From assembly GCA_964016885.1 (NCBI GenBank), contig OZ024740.1, positions 228,904,001 to 228,968,000 on the forward strand: DNA of 64,000 nucleotides, in the 5' to 3' direction. Below, piece after piece: positions 39,225-53,780 of this stretch (positions within the stretch are counted from its first letter, which is position 1; each line of letters begins with the position of its first letter). This stretch comes from Eledone cirrhosa (lineage: Eukaryota). The notes below the pieces were generated by a model that saw nothing but the letters and a program-made list of their open reading frames with translations, was not told the origin of the DNA and made no database searches. The position numbers and the translations under genes are program-made.

Positions 39225-42200
39225 GTGTATGTATGTTCTTCTGGTTTTATAATTTCAAAAATTGTTTCCCAATAGAGAGAGAGTCGGTTTCTAACATAGA
39301 CACAAGACTCTCTCATTGGAATTTACACAACATCAACTAGGTAGATATGTATGTATGCATGCATGTGTAGATATGGATGTTATTGTATGTGTGGATGTGG
39401 ATGTTTTGAGTTGTATGTGTGCATGTGTATATGCTTTGTATATGTACATATGTATATGCAGTTATTAGATGCAACATTTTTGGAATGTTCCATTAATGGA
39501 TTGTACTTGTAATTTCCTAACTAGTTGTGTTCTTTCTGTTCCTGTGAAGCCTAGCTTCTCAAGATTTGTATTGAGGCAGTTACTATCATACCCCAGTGCC
39601 CCAATAATCACAGGCATAAATCTGAAGATGTAATCAGGGTGGAGTATCTGCAGATTTCTCATCAGTTCTGCATAAATATTCTCCTTTTTGCTAATCTTTG
39701 ATATTATATTGGCATCTGCTGGGCAGCTAATTTCCACTTCTGTGCATGCTTTCTTCTCCCTGTCCCATATCATAATATCTGGTCTGTTATGCCTGCATTT
39801 TAATGGGGTTTTTACTGGAACATTCCACCAGTACTCTTTCATATTATGTACATGGATGTCTTCCACATTGCTGTAGCTTTTAATGTGTTTATTATCGGGG
39901 CTATCTTTTTTTTATGAACTGCATTGTACAGTGTTTTGGCCACTACATCATGTCTCATAGGTAGATAGTACCGCGATGTCATCTTTGGATAGCTGCTGAT
40001 GACATGGGTGATATCCTCAATGTTAGTTGTGCAGAGTCTGCAGTTGTTATCACATCTAGGTGTTTTTCCTGCATCCCTATCTCTTTTGTGAATCAGGTAT
40101 TTCGTGTTAATCTCCTGTTCTTGGATTGCAAAAGCGTATCCTTCAAAGTGGGAGCCAATATAACGGTTGTTGGTCCAAGATAGAGTACTTTCCTTATCTA
40201 TATTACTCTCACTCTGGAGCTTCCTGGCAACATATCCATGCATGATTTTTTGCTGATAGGCATGCAGTTTTTCATCCATGGATTCACTGCGATACTGCTG
40301 AGCGACATCCCTGGGTGTGAGTTTTTGATTATCACACAGGGAATATCTCTCAAGGAGTTCCTTCCCAACTGTCATGATCTTATCTGTTTCATGCAGATAG
40401 ACTTGCTCGAGAGACGGGCTCCTACGCTTCGAGGTTCGTAGATGTTGTCGGAGAGATATGATGCGACATTCAAATGCTGTCTGGACTGATGTTAGGCCTC
40501 TGCCTCCCTGCTTACGTTTCAAGTATGTCACTTGTGATGTGGAAGTTCCCGGTGTTGTTTAGTATTTTTCGAGTTCCAACATCGACTGCTCGGATTTCGT
40601 CTATCGTCCAATTGAGTACTCCAAACGTTGGTGTTAGGACAAGCACAGCAAACACATTGTGAGCCACTGTTTTGTTTTGCGCAGAGAGTTCCGATGACCA
40701 AATCTTTCTTAATAGGGTGTAGTATTCCCTGGTTACGCGTTCCTTATTACAGATACCATTATAGGATATGTTGTCATCTATCCCCAGGTATCTGTAGCAG
40801 TCCTCATCAGATATTGGTGAAACAGTTAGGCCATTGATGACAATGTTGCTAGATTGGGTTGTTGTTTTTCCCCGCTTTACGGTCATGTATGAGCATTTAT
40901 CTTGGCCAAACTCCATTCCTATATCCTTTGAGAACGTTGTAACCAGGTCAAGATTTTTCTTCATCCCATCCATGTTCTTGGCATAGAGTTTCAGATCGTC
41001 CACAAAGAAATCATAGTTTAGGTTCGTATTTCTGTCCTCCTGTGAGCCAATGATGTATTTCTCACATTTCTTGAGCAGAAAGGACAAGGGGTTTAATGAC
41101 AAGATGAATAATATCACAGAGAGACTGTCCCCCTGAAATATACCCCTGCGATATTTTATTTTATCAGTGAAAATAGAGTCCTCCCTCTCTGTCTTTAACC
41201 TTAGGATAGTAGCCCAAGAAGAAGACAGCCTCTCTATGGCTCTGACAATAATGTCTGGGACTTTAGCAAGTTGGAGGGCCTCTATCATCCAAGAGTGGGG
41301 AACAGAATCGAAAGCTTTCCTGTAGTCCACCCAGACTGTAGTCATATTCCTCCTAAGTTGTCGCACCTCTGACATCGCAGTTTTGTTGATTAGGAGTTGT
41401 TCAGCACATCCCCAAACCCCTTTCTTTCCAGCTGCGTGTTCATCTGTGATGATGTTATTATTTTCAGTGATCTTGGAGGAATAGTTTCAGGCAGGCTGTA
41501 TACATCTTATACATCAGTTTCTGGCATGCAATGGGTCGGTAGTTTTTTGCCAAGTGGGTGTCTTTGTTCTTGGGGACCAGTAATGTTTGTGCTAATGTCA
41601 ACCATTCTGGTATAAGTGTATCTCCCTTAAGAACTTGTTGGTAGAGGTCAGTAAGATACCTCCGATAAAATATCAATCTTTTGTACCAGTAGCCGACAAT
41701 CATGTCTCTTCCTGGTGTTTTCTTATCTTGGAGTTTTCCTATCACAGTCTCAAGGGTACCCTCACTTATTTCGTATGTTTTTGTTGTAGTGTAGGAGCAA
41801 TAGTTCTTTCGGATTTCTCTTAGCCACACTGCATCTTGTTTGAAATTCTTCTTTTCACCCCATATTTTGTTCCAAAAGGAATCTATATCTTTCTGGGATG
41901 GGGCCTCAGTGACACTTATTATTTTGTTCTTCATGTCTCTATAGACTGATGTTTGGTTTCGTCTGAATCTTTTATTAAGCACTTTTCTCTGATCCACCTA
42001 CTTCAGGTATCGGCGTTTTTCGCTAACAGCTCTCAATTCTCGTTTGAGGGTGATCAGCTTATATTGAAGAGTTCTGGTTCTACTATTACCAAACATCGTC
42101 TCTATTTTATTTTTCACTCTTTGTTGGTGAGGAGTGGGGGTTTTTGTGTTTGTTTGCATGTAAAGAGCATTGTCACATTTCCTATGGTTTTTTGTAGCTC

Positions 42201-42540
42201 AGCAATCTTTTTTTTCTATTTTAGTTATATATGATGGTATTTTTGGTGGTGTTCTGTTCTTGTTAATATCTCTGCTATCACCAAGATAATGCTTCCCTGT
42301 CGTTGCTAAGGCATATAAACAGGCGTTGATTTGCCAAAATGTTTGGGTTTTTATCCGTCGTAAATATTCATCCCCTATTTCGTCAATAACACGTAATATT
42401 TCATTATTTGGTTTTTAATTAAACATTGTCGTTTTAATACGTTCAGCAAGAGAGATATTTATACATGAATTAATTTCTCTCTGGAAGATTTCATTGAGGG
42501 AAATTTTGATTTTTATCATTATCGATAGTATTTTCCACAA
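39225..42540 (-). pseudogene. R4/Dong-clade non-LTR retrotransposon (RT + CCHC-like finger + RLE endonuclease), frameshifted and 5'-truncated
   Basis: NYRPIAC, WVDYRKAFDSVPH, RGIFQGDSLS, FVDDLKLY, YRYLG, GGRGL, CRLC..EDITHV, RHD, RPDIMIWD..EISCP..K..Y; spread over several frames. Confidence 0.9.
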
Positions 42541-42652
42541 CAGTCGAGGTAGACTCGGATGGTACACGTGGTGTCAAATGTATGTATGTATGTATGTATG
42601 TATGTATGTATGTATGTATGTATGTATGTATGTATGTATGTATGTATGTATG

Positions 42653-42900
42653 TCTAATGGTCGGGTCGTTGGCAACTAAACTGGCAACCCCACCAACGTT
42701 TCTTGGTGAGGGGGGTGACTTTGGACATCCTGCAGGACTAAAAACAAAACCTGTCAAAGGGCAAAGAAGCTCTTAAGAGTCAATGGCCATCCAAAATCAC
42801 CGGGAGAGATGACCCCTTAGCCTTTGTCAAGGCAGAATTCTAGGAGAAGGAAAACTCTGATATAACACCTGCAACCCTGATGGTATCCAATGATGTTGAC
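42653..42900 (+). mobile_element. Possible RTE-type 5' UTR fragment
   Basis: TAGGAGAAGGAAAACTCTGA motif recalls RTE/BovB-type 5' UTRs; recognised from memory, not aligned. Confidence 0.35.
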
Positions 42901-43501
42901 TTGTTCTTCTTTTTGGTAAATATCATCTTGGTTAAGAGAGTGGGACTGGCTTTGTGCAGTGCCTTTGCTCACTATAAAAGCTTCACGGCACAGGCATTGC
43001 TTTATATCTGGAGATCTCTCTGCACTTGTCGTCACATGGTACCATGGGCCCAGCACTATGTGTCAATAATTGTCACAAGTGTAGTGTTTGTACCAGAGTT
43101 TTCAAGTCGCTGGCTGGACTAAAAAGTCACACTCGTACAGCGCATCGGTAGGGGTTCTCCTACATGGATATAAAGTAGTGGCCGTACTCGAAAACGAGTT
43201 GGCAGCCACCATCTATAGAGGTATATAAGAAGGCATATATGATAAGTGTAAGTATAATTGTTTCTGATTTAGGCACCAGACCAACCATTTTTGGGGAGGG
43301 TAAGTCTGTTAAATTGAGAATCAGAACTAATACTGCAAGGCATTATCCCGACACGCTATCGATTCTGCCAATTTAGGATCCTGTATGCCAGTAATTCTCA
43401 GAAACCTGGGTCGCATTCCTCCACTTGCAAACCCAAATTTCCTGAATTCCTCCCAATGTTAAACTGTCATCTAGCAATTTTTTCATCGAAACCCTATATT
43501 C

Positions 43502-43661
43502 CAAGCACACCCGCGGCCCGCTCAAAGCTTTTTACAGCGCGAGCATATTTTATCTTCGTAAAATTAGTTGTAATGTGTGCAATTAGTTGTCGTATGTGGC
43601 CCTCAGACAGCACACATGTGACGCATGTGGCCCTCGGGGGACTCTCAGTTTGACATGCCTG
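43502..43661 (-). mobile_element. Partial copy of the hAT MITE at 2992
   Basis: Ends GTTTGACATGCCTG; internal sequence matches the reverse of 2992-3165. Confidence 0.75.
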
Positions 43662-43944
43662 TAATATTAGTTCCTAATTTTCACACAAGGCCAGCAATTT
43701 TGAGGGAATGGGATAGTCAATTATATCGACCTCAATGTTTTACTGGTAATTTATTTTGTCGGCCCTGAAAGGATGAAGAGCAAAGTCGACCTCGGCGGGA
43801 TTTGAACTCAGAACGTAAAGAGTCAGAACAAATACCACGTGGCTTTCCTTACAACGGTCTAACATGTGTTAGCTTGTCAAACCTCACTAATTATCTAGTC
43901 TCAAATGGGATTAAGTTTAAAGTAGAAGTTTTTTGTGAACTTTT

Positions 43945-44135
43945 AAAGTATCAACCGCTCGCTGATAGATTTGTGGTTGAGCCTGTAGCAGTTGAAACTT
44001 CCGGAGCTCTTGGCCCCCGGACCATATCCCTACTCAATGTTATCAGAGCAGAGTTGACTGCCCGCACGTGGGAGCTCCACGTTCCAGTGCGTTTCTCTCA
44101 CCCTCCTCTGGAGGCAATGTCTTCTCCATCTTGTC
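43945..44135 (+). pseudogene. C-terminal RLE fragment of a CRE-like non-LTR element
   Basis: KYQPLADRFVVEPVAVETSGALGPRTISLL matches the KY..L....F.P.AVET.G..G pattern; GN-like motif downstream. Confidence 0.6.
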
Positions 44136-44668
44136 GACCGGAACCACGCGGCGGACGTCGTATTGGGGATGGAGTAGGGTGGTAGTTTTCACAGGAACGG
44201 ATTGATAATGCTGACACACAGCTAAACAGTTCAAACATAAAATTGTCAAATCGACATTATTCATGACCGCCATTGTGGTTGAGTTTATTGATATTACATG
44301 TGATATAAGCTATTTTTTCCCAGTTTTAGATTCCTACCCAATTACCCCCTTGGCTAAAAATTCCTTACCTGGGATTTGAAATCCCCCCTCCCCCTTGGAG
44401 TTAAGTGCCTCACGTTTGAGAATCACTCTCATATTCACACAATTCACCACCCTCCCTCTACAAAACATTTACTCAAGTTTACCACTTGAGATTTGTATTG
44501 CTGAAATATTGATCAACCTCCTTACAGCTGTTCAGATTAATCCAACGTAGGAAATACTGGTTGGGTTCGTTTGTATTGTGTGTTTAATTAGATTTTTAAA
44601 AACAACTTCCGTATTAATATCTATTTGGATATTGGATTCTGTGTGTGTTTTCACGCCTTTTCATTCTT

Positions 44669-44699
<31 letters not shown>

Positions 44700-45663
44700 G
44701 GGGGCATCATATTTGACTCGTTAATCTTAATTCTAAATATTGTTTTCGGCATTACGTTTTAGTTTAGTTTCCATTCTACCAACTACCTACCTACTTCTGT
44801 TTACTTCAGTGATATAACACTATTATCTCTCTCTCCCCCCTCTCTCTCCCTCTCTCTCTCTCCCTCCCTCTCTCTCTCCCACTCAGTCTCTTTCACTCTC
44901 ATTCTTTCTCTCTCCCACACATATACATGCACACACGCGCGCTCACACACACAAATTCACACATATAATACAAGTTCCTACATAATACACACACATTCAC
45001 ATACATGCACAAAAATACGTGCATAAATATAACACAATTTAATGTTTGAACAATTGATATTTCGCGAGTGCTCGCCCTTGCCCATTTTTGGAGAAAATTT
45101 CATTAGCACTAATCCAACAAAGGGCTTTGCGTGAACATTACGATACTTATCTTTCTAGAGCATATGAAGGTTTCCAAACTTTTGAGTTCTATGTAACATT
45201 TCGTTAAGAAGTTTGGAAGAAAAATTTCATAAGAGAAATTTTTCTTTCAAATGTTTTTCGATGTTTTTTTTTTTTTGTTGTTGTTTTTTTTTTTTACCTC
45301 TCCTCAATGATGACACTAAAGAGAAGGAAGGAACTGAACGAGAGAGCGAGAGAAAGAGAAGAGGGGCGGGAATAGGAGCGAGAGAAATAGAGGGGAGAGT
45401 CGGAGTAGGGGAAAGTTCAGGGAGAGAGAGGCAGAGAGAGGAGGAAGTGGGGGAGAGATAGGGGGGGGGGGGGAGATAGAGATAGAGGGGGAAGTGGGGA
45501 GAGAGAGACAGAGTGCAGGGGTAGTAGGGAGAGAGAGTTAGGAGGGTTCGTAGATATTCATACTTTCGACTATGGAGTTTCAGATCAAAGAATTCTTCAA
45601 AAAATAAGAATTAAAATTAAAAATAAATAACAAATTTAAAAAAAAACAAAAAATAAATTATGA

Positions 45664-45834
45664 ATGCAAACTATCAACAACAACAACAACAATGACAACA
45701 ACAACAACAATGACAATAACAACAACAACAATGACAATAACAACAACAACAACAACAATGACAATAACAACAACAATGACAACAACAACATCAATGACAA
45801 CAATGACAATAACAACAACAACAACAATGACAAT

Positions 45835-45880
<46 letters not shown>

Positions 45881-48800
45881 ACAACAACAACAACAACAAC
45901 AACAACAATGACAACAACAACAACAACAACAACAACAATGACAACAACAACAACAATAATGACAACAACAATGACGACGTCAAAAACAACTACTATAGCA
46001 ATAACAACAACAACAACAACGACGACGGCGACGTCTACAACAACAGCAACAACAACAGTAGAAGCAGTAGTTACAACAACAACAACAACAACAACAACGA
46101 CGACGACGGCGACGTCAACAACAACAGCAACAACAACGACAGCAACAACCACCACCACCACTACTGCCGCCACTATTACCATCTCTACAACAACAACAAG
46201 AACACCACCACCACCACCATTACTTTTTCTACGACGACAACAACAACAACTACAACAACAACAACCATATCAACCAATAAACACCACCACCTCCATCTCC
46301 ACGACCACGTCAAGGACAACAACAATGATAACATCAACAACAAAGACCACGCCACCACAACCACTACAACCACCACTACCACCACCACCAACGCAACCAC
46401 TACAACCACCACCACCAACAACAAAGACCACGCCACCACAACCACTACAACCACCACCACCACCACCACCAACACAACCACCACAACCACCACAACCAAC
46501 ACAACCACAACAACCATTACAACCAACACAACCACCACAACCACCACAACCACCACAACCACAACCACCACCACCACCACTACAACCACCACAACCAACA
46601 CAACCACTACAACCACCACAACCACTACAACCACCTATACCACCACCACCAACACAACCACTACAACCACCACAACCAACACAACCACTACAACCACCAC
46701 CACCAACACAACCATCACAACCACTACAACCACCACAACCACTACAACCAACACTACCACCACAACCACCACCACCAACACAACCACCACAACAACTACA
46801 ACCACCACAACCACCACCACCAACACAACCACCACAACCACTACAACCAACACTACCACCACCACCAACACAACCACCACAACCACCACAACCACCACAA
46901 CCACCACAACCACAACCACCACCACCAACACAACCACTACAACCACTACAACCAACACAACCACTACAACCAACACTACCACCACCACCAACACAACCAC
47001 CACAACAACTACAACCAACACAACCACTACAACCAACACAACCACCACAACCACCACCACCACCAACACAACCACCACAACCATCACAACCACTACAACC
47101 ACCACAACCACTACAACCAACACTACCACCACAACCACCACCACCAACACAACCACCACAACAACTACAACCACCACAACTACCACCACCAACACAACCA
47201 CCACAACCACTACAACCAACACTACCACCACCACCAACACAACCACTACAACCACTACAACCAACACAACCACTACAACCAACACAACCACCACAACCAC
47301 CACCACCAACACAACCACCACAACCACCACAACCACTACAACCAACACTACCACCACCACCAACACAACCACCACAACCATTACAACCAACACAACCACT
47401 ACAACCACCACAACCACCACAGCCACCACCACCACCACCACCACCACTACAACGACCACAACCAACACAACCAACACAGCCACTACAACCACTACAACCA
47501 CCTATACCACCACCACCAACACAACCACTACAACCACCACAACCAACACAACCACCACAACCACCACCACCAACACAACCACCACAACCAACACTACCAC
47601 CACAACCACCACCACCAACACAACCACCACAACCACTACAACCACCACAACCACCACCACCAACAACAAAGACCACGCCACCACAACCACTACAACCACC
47701 ACCACCACCACCACCAACACAACCACCACAACCACCACAACCAACACAACCACAACAACCATTACAATCACCACAACCACCACAACCACCACAACCACCA
47801 CAACCACCACAACCACAACCACCACCACCACCACTACAACCCCCACAACCAACACAACCACTACAGCCACCACAACCACCGCAACCACTACAACCACCTA
47901 TACCACCACCACCAACACAACCACTACAACCACCACAACCAACACAACCACTACAACCACCACCACCAACACAACCATCACAACCACTACAACCACCACA
48001 ACCACTACAACCAACACTACCACCACAACCACCACCACCAACACAACCACCACAACAACTACAACCACCACAACCACCACCACCAACACAACCACCACAA
48101 CCACTACAACCAACACTACCACCACCACCAACACAACCAACACAACCACCACAACCACCACAACCACCACAACCACCACAACCACAACCACCACCACCAA
48201 CACAACCACTACAACCACTACAACCAACACAACCACTACAACCAACACTACCACCACCACCAACACAACCACCACAACAACTACAACCAACACAACCACT
48301 ACAACCAACACAACCACCACAACCACCACCACCACCAACACTACCACCACAACCACCACCACCAACACAACCACCACAACAACTACAACCACCACAACTA
48401 CCACCACCAACACAACCACCACAACCACTACAACCAACACTACCACCACCACCAACACAACCACTACAACCACTACAACCAACACAACCACTACAACCAA
48501 CACAACCACCACAACCACCACCACCAACACAACCACCACAACCACCACAACCACTACAACCAACACTACCACCACCACCAACACAACCACCACAACCATT
48601 ACAACCAACACAACCACTACAACCACCACAACCACCACAGCCACCACCACCACCACCACCACCACTACAACGACCACAACCAACACAACCAACACAGCCA
48701 CTACAACCACTACAACCACCTATACCACCACCACCAACACAACCACTACAACCACCACAACCAACACAACCACCACAACCACCACCACCAACACAACCAC

Positions 48801-50592
48801 CACAACCAACACTACCACCACAACCACCACCACCAACACAACCACCACAACCACTACAACCACCACAACCACCACCACCAACAACAAAGACCACGCCACC
48901 ACAACCACTACAACCACCACCACCACCACCACCAACACAACCACCACAACCACCACAACCAACACAACCACAACAACCATTACAATCACCACAACCACCA
49001 CAACCACCACAACCACCACAACCACCACAACCACAACCACCACCACCACCACTACAACCCCCACAACCAACACAACCACTACAGCCACCACAACCACCGC
49101 AACCACTACAACCACCTATACCACCACCACCAACACAACCACTACAACCACCACAACCAACACAACCACTACAACCACCACCACCAACACAACCATCACA
49201 ACCACTACAACCACCACAACCACTACAACCAACACTACCACCACAACCACCACCACCAACACAACCACCACAACAACTACAACCACCACAACCACCACCA
49301 CCAACACAACCACCACAACCACTACAACCAACACTACCACCACCACCAACACAACCAACACAACCACCACAACCACCACAACCACCACAACCACCACAAC
49401 CACAACCACCACCACCAACACAACCACTACAACCACTACAACCAACACAACCACTACAACCAACACAACCACCACAACCACCACCAGCAACACAACCACC
49501 ACAACCACCACAACCACTACAATCAACACTACCACCACCACCAACACAACCACTACAACCACTACAACCAACACAACCACCACAACCACCACCACCAACA
49601 CAACCACCACAACCACTACAACCACCACAACCACTACAACCAACACTACCACCACCACCAACACAACCACTACAACCACTACAACCAACACAACCACCAC
49701 AACCACCACCACCAACACAACCACCACAACCACTACAACCACCACAACCACCACAACCACCACAACCACCACAACCACCACAACCAACACAACCACAACA
49801 ACCACTACAACCACCACAACCACCACAACCACTACAACCACCACAACCACCACAACCACTACAACCACCACAACCATTACAACCACCACTACCAACACAA
49901 CCACCACAACCACCACAACCACTACAACCACCACAACCACTACAACCACCACTACCACAACCACCACAACCACCACAACCACCACAACCACCACAGCCAC
50001 CACAACCAACACAACCACTACAACCAACACAACCACTACACCCACCACAACCACCACAACCACTACACCCACCACAACCAACACAACCACCACAACCACT
50101 ACAACCACCACTACCACAACCACCACAACCACCACAACCACCACAACCACCACAGCCACCACAACCAACACAACCACTACAACCAACACAACCACTACAC
50201 CCACCACAACCACCACAACCACTACACCCACCACAACCACTACAACCACCACAACCACTACAACCACCACTACCACAACCACCACAACCACCACAACCAC
50301 CACAACCACCACAGCCACCACAACCAACACAACCACTACAACCAACACAACCACTACACCCACCACAACCACCACAACCACTACACCCACCACAACCAAC
50401 ACAACCACCACAACCACTACAACCAACACAACCACTACAACCACCACAACCACTACACCCACCACAACCACTACAACAACCACAACCAACACAACCACCA
50501 CTACCACCACAACCACCACAACCACTACAACCACCACAACCATTACAACCACTACAACGACAACAATAAAAACAACAACAACAATTATTTAA
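45664..50592 (+). repeat. 4.9-kb phase-preserving AAC/ACC/ACA/ACT array; open as a 1642-aa Asn/Thr-rich ORF, coding status uncertain
   Basis: Trinucleotide mosaic with an internal 1218-bp duplication (NNKDHA marker at ~47663 and ~48881). Confidence 0.85.
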
Positions 50593-50887
50593 ATAAATAA
50601 CAAAAAGAAGAACAACAAAAAAATACAAACAAAACCCCAACCAAACAATGACTTACATTCATTTCAATGTAGATGTGTGATTGGGTCATGGCTACGTGCT
50701 GCTAGTGTCTCTCTAATACAACACAGTATTTAAAATATGTCAAATAGACATTGATGTGACATTTTCTTCTCTTGTTTATTGTTTTATATAACGACCAATA
50801 ATACTTTGAACATTGGGACTCCTATTCAATGACACTTTTAAAAAAAATGTGTTTTGATTTTATTGCTGTTGTTGCTGTTGTTCTTTT

Positions 50888-50946
50888 GTAGGTGATTTAA
50901 AGGAAGGGCTAATGTGATGCGATCTTAACGAGGGTGACTGTTTTAA

Positions 50947-50979
<33 letters not shown>

Positions 50980-51500
50980 GTAGGTGATTCAAAGGAAGTC
51001 TAATGTGGTGCGATCTTAACACCAGTAACTGTTTTACTGTTGTTGTTGTTTTGTAGGTGATTCAAAGGAAGGGCTAATGTGGTGCGATCTTAACACCAGT
51101 AACTGTTTTACTGTTGTTGTTGTTTTGTAGGTGATTCAAAGGAAGGGCTAATGTGGTGCGATCTTAACACCAGTAACTGTTTTACTGTTGTTGTTGTTTT
51201 GTAGGTGATTCAAAGGAAGGGCTAATGTGGTGCGATCTTAACACCAGTAACTGTTTTACTGTTGTTGTTGTTTTGTAGGTGATTCAAAGGAAGGGCTAAT
51301 GTGGTGCGATCTTAACACCAGTAACCGTTTTAATGTTGTTGTTGTTGTTGTGTAGGTGATTTAAAGGAAGGGCTAATGTGGTGCGATCTTAACACCAGTA
51401 ACCGTTTTAATGTTGTTGTTGTTGTTGTGTAGGTGATTTAAAGGAAGGGCTAATGTGATGAGTTCTTAACACCAGTAACTGTTTTAATGTTGTTGTTGTT
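50888..51500 (+). repeat. ~74-bp minisatellite, about 8 copies
   Basis: Unit GTAGGTGATTCAAAGGAAGGGCTAATGTGGTGCGATCTTAACACCAGTAACTGTTTTACTGTTGTTGTTGTTTT with variable (GTT)n. Confidence 0.95.
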
Positions 51501-51707
51501 CATATTGGGAAAAAGGAAGGAGGTGGATTTGGAATATCTATTAAATTACATAGGAAAAAGAGGAGAGGCATCGTTGATTCTTTGTATTGACACATCAACG
51601 CCAGTACACCCACGGGTACACCTACCCAGTGTTACACATACATACATACGTATTTATATACATATATACATATATACGTAAACGCATGCATACATGTATA
51701 TATATAA

Positions 51708-51758
<51 letters not shown>

Positions 51759-51847
51759 ATATTATTTATACTCCAGTCCTACAAACTGTAGAGTGCTACT
51801 TATCCGATATCTGCATTGCTTTATTGTACTACAATAAAACTCACCTC

Positions 51848-51881
<34 letters not shown>

Positions 51882-51886
51882 GTGTG

Positions 51887-52007
<121 letters not shown>

Positions 52008-52445
52008 TCATGACTGCATATATATACGACACATATTTATGCGCCTCCACATAAACAATTTTGTGGGCATTGACTCTTCACAGTTTAGAACATTGTACTA
52101 AGGAGGGAGGTGGGAGGAGGAGGTAGTTATTCATGGTTCATGAATATTGATTATTGATACTCCCCCAACACCATTCCTTTAGTTTCCTATAAAATTGAGG
52201 ATTTACCAGAGTCAAACTATGTTCTTATCTGATCTAATTATGTGTGGGTGTATGTGTCTGTGTGTGTATTTGCGTCTGTGTGCGTGCGTGTATGAGTTCC
52301 TTCTTTACAAAGACATAGACATACACACAAACACACGTACATAGACATACACACAAACACACGTATATAGTATCTATATACATATCTATCTATCTATCTA
52401 TCTATTTATCTATCTATTTATCTATCTATCTGTCCATCTATCTAC

Positions 52446-52720
52446 CTAGCTGACAGGTGGGTGAATGTGGCGAAAATAGCCCGAGTAAATGGGCCTTCTC
52501 TGTATATAAACCTGTAGGTTGAGGAAGAAAAACAGGGGGAAGACAGGAACACCTACAAAACGTGTTCCTGGTGTTGAGAGTTGTTCTATCCACGGGGTGT
52601 AAAACAACCCCGTAGTAACGTTCCCCCCTATTGGGGATTTCAATTGTTATTTTTATGTAAAACCCCCGCCGTCACGTCTTGTAATGTCCCATTTTTGTAC
52701 GCCCCTGTGGCAAATAAAGA

Positions 52721-52760
<40 letters not shown>

Positions 52761-52950
52761 CTGGAGATGAGGGTTGCACATTTTTTGGGGGTATGTGTTA
52801 CCCATATGAACTGTCTCCCCCTATTGGGGAAAATCGACTAATTTTTTAAATTGCATTTGTGGTAACATTTTACACGTTTTTATTGTATGTAAACTTCCCT
52901 CTTTGTATTTGTCCCCTTCTTTTGTGCCCCTGTGGCTAATAAAGAAACAT
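52446..52950 (+). mobile_element. Two 3' fragments of a Tx1-like LINE within (TATC)n
   Basis: RWVNVAKIARVNGPSLYINL* C-terminus; both fragments end GCCCCTGTGGC(A/T)AATAAAGA and run into (TATC)n. Confidence 0.55.
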
Positions 52951-52998
52951 ATTTATCTATCTATCTATCTCTCTCTATATATATATGTGTGTGTGTGT

Positions 52999-53049
<51 letters not shown>

Positions 53050-53400
53050 GAGCAATGAAAATATAACAAAAGTCGGAGATATGTGGTTAATTAGTTCATT
53101 GTTTTACGATTGTTTCAGAGGGTTGATTGATCATGGTAGATCGATATATCGACTATCTGGCAATGTGTATATGGTTACCTCTCTCTAGTTTCGAAATCCC
53201 TCTTCAATCTCACCGTCTTCTTCAGAAACGATATACATACAATATATATATATAGTTTCAAGCTTATTTCGTTTCATTTTTTCCGTTTATCGTTTTCGGT
53301 GCCCCCGGCCGATTAACCCACTCGATATGCTAATTTGGCTACTCAGCCGTTAATATGCATAAGGTAAGTATATACATTCAACAATCTGGCAGGAAGGTAT

Positions 53401-53443
53401 ACGTTGCTGACGATAGCTAATAAACTTGAAACTAGTACAGCGT
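53401..53443 (+). ncRNA. Hammerhead motif, diverged relative of family A
   Basis: ACGTTG CTGACGA tagctaataaactt GAA ACTAGT A CAGCGT; 6-bp stem I including one G.U, weak stem II. Confidence 0.65.
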
Positions 53444-53742
53444 TCCTTTGTCAGTGTTGAACAAACGAGCAACGATGGTTGCTAGACACTACGGCTTAAT
53501 ACGGGATGTTTGTTTACAAGCACACCGAGCATTATAATAAATGTTCGGTGAATCCATACGTACATATATATATGTGTGCATGTATGTATATATATATATA
53601 CATTCTACTGTACGTCTGTATACATATATGTATGTACGTGTACATACTTATATATATATATTGGAAAAGTAAATAACAACAACAAGGAGTACAGTTACGA
53701 AAGGTGTTAGGTATTAGGTTCACGCTTGAGAGTGAGGGGTGG

Positions 53743-53780
53743 GGAACGACGTTTCGGGCATAAGCCCTTCATCAGGAATA
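53743..53780 (-). ncRNA. Minimal hammerhead motif (family E) with eroded stem I
   Basis: Reverse complement: C CTGATGA A GGGC ttat GCCC GAA ACGT C G. Confidence 0.6.

Noticed and set aside
46270-50640. 1456-aa Gly/Cys ORF and 1625-aa Pro/Gln ORF
   Set aside because: Alternative frames of the same trinucleotide array
50888-51500. CRISPR-like repeat-spacer look
   Set aside because: The variable part is only (GTT)n length; it is a plain minisatellite
53185-53228. Minus-strand CTGAAGA...GAAACTAG motif
   Set aside because: Lacks U16.1 and a clear stem II
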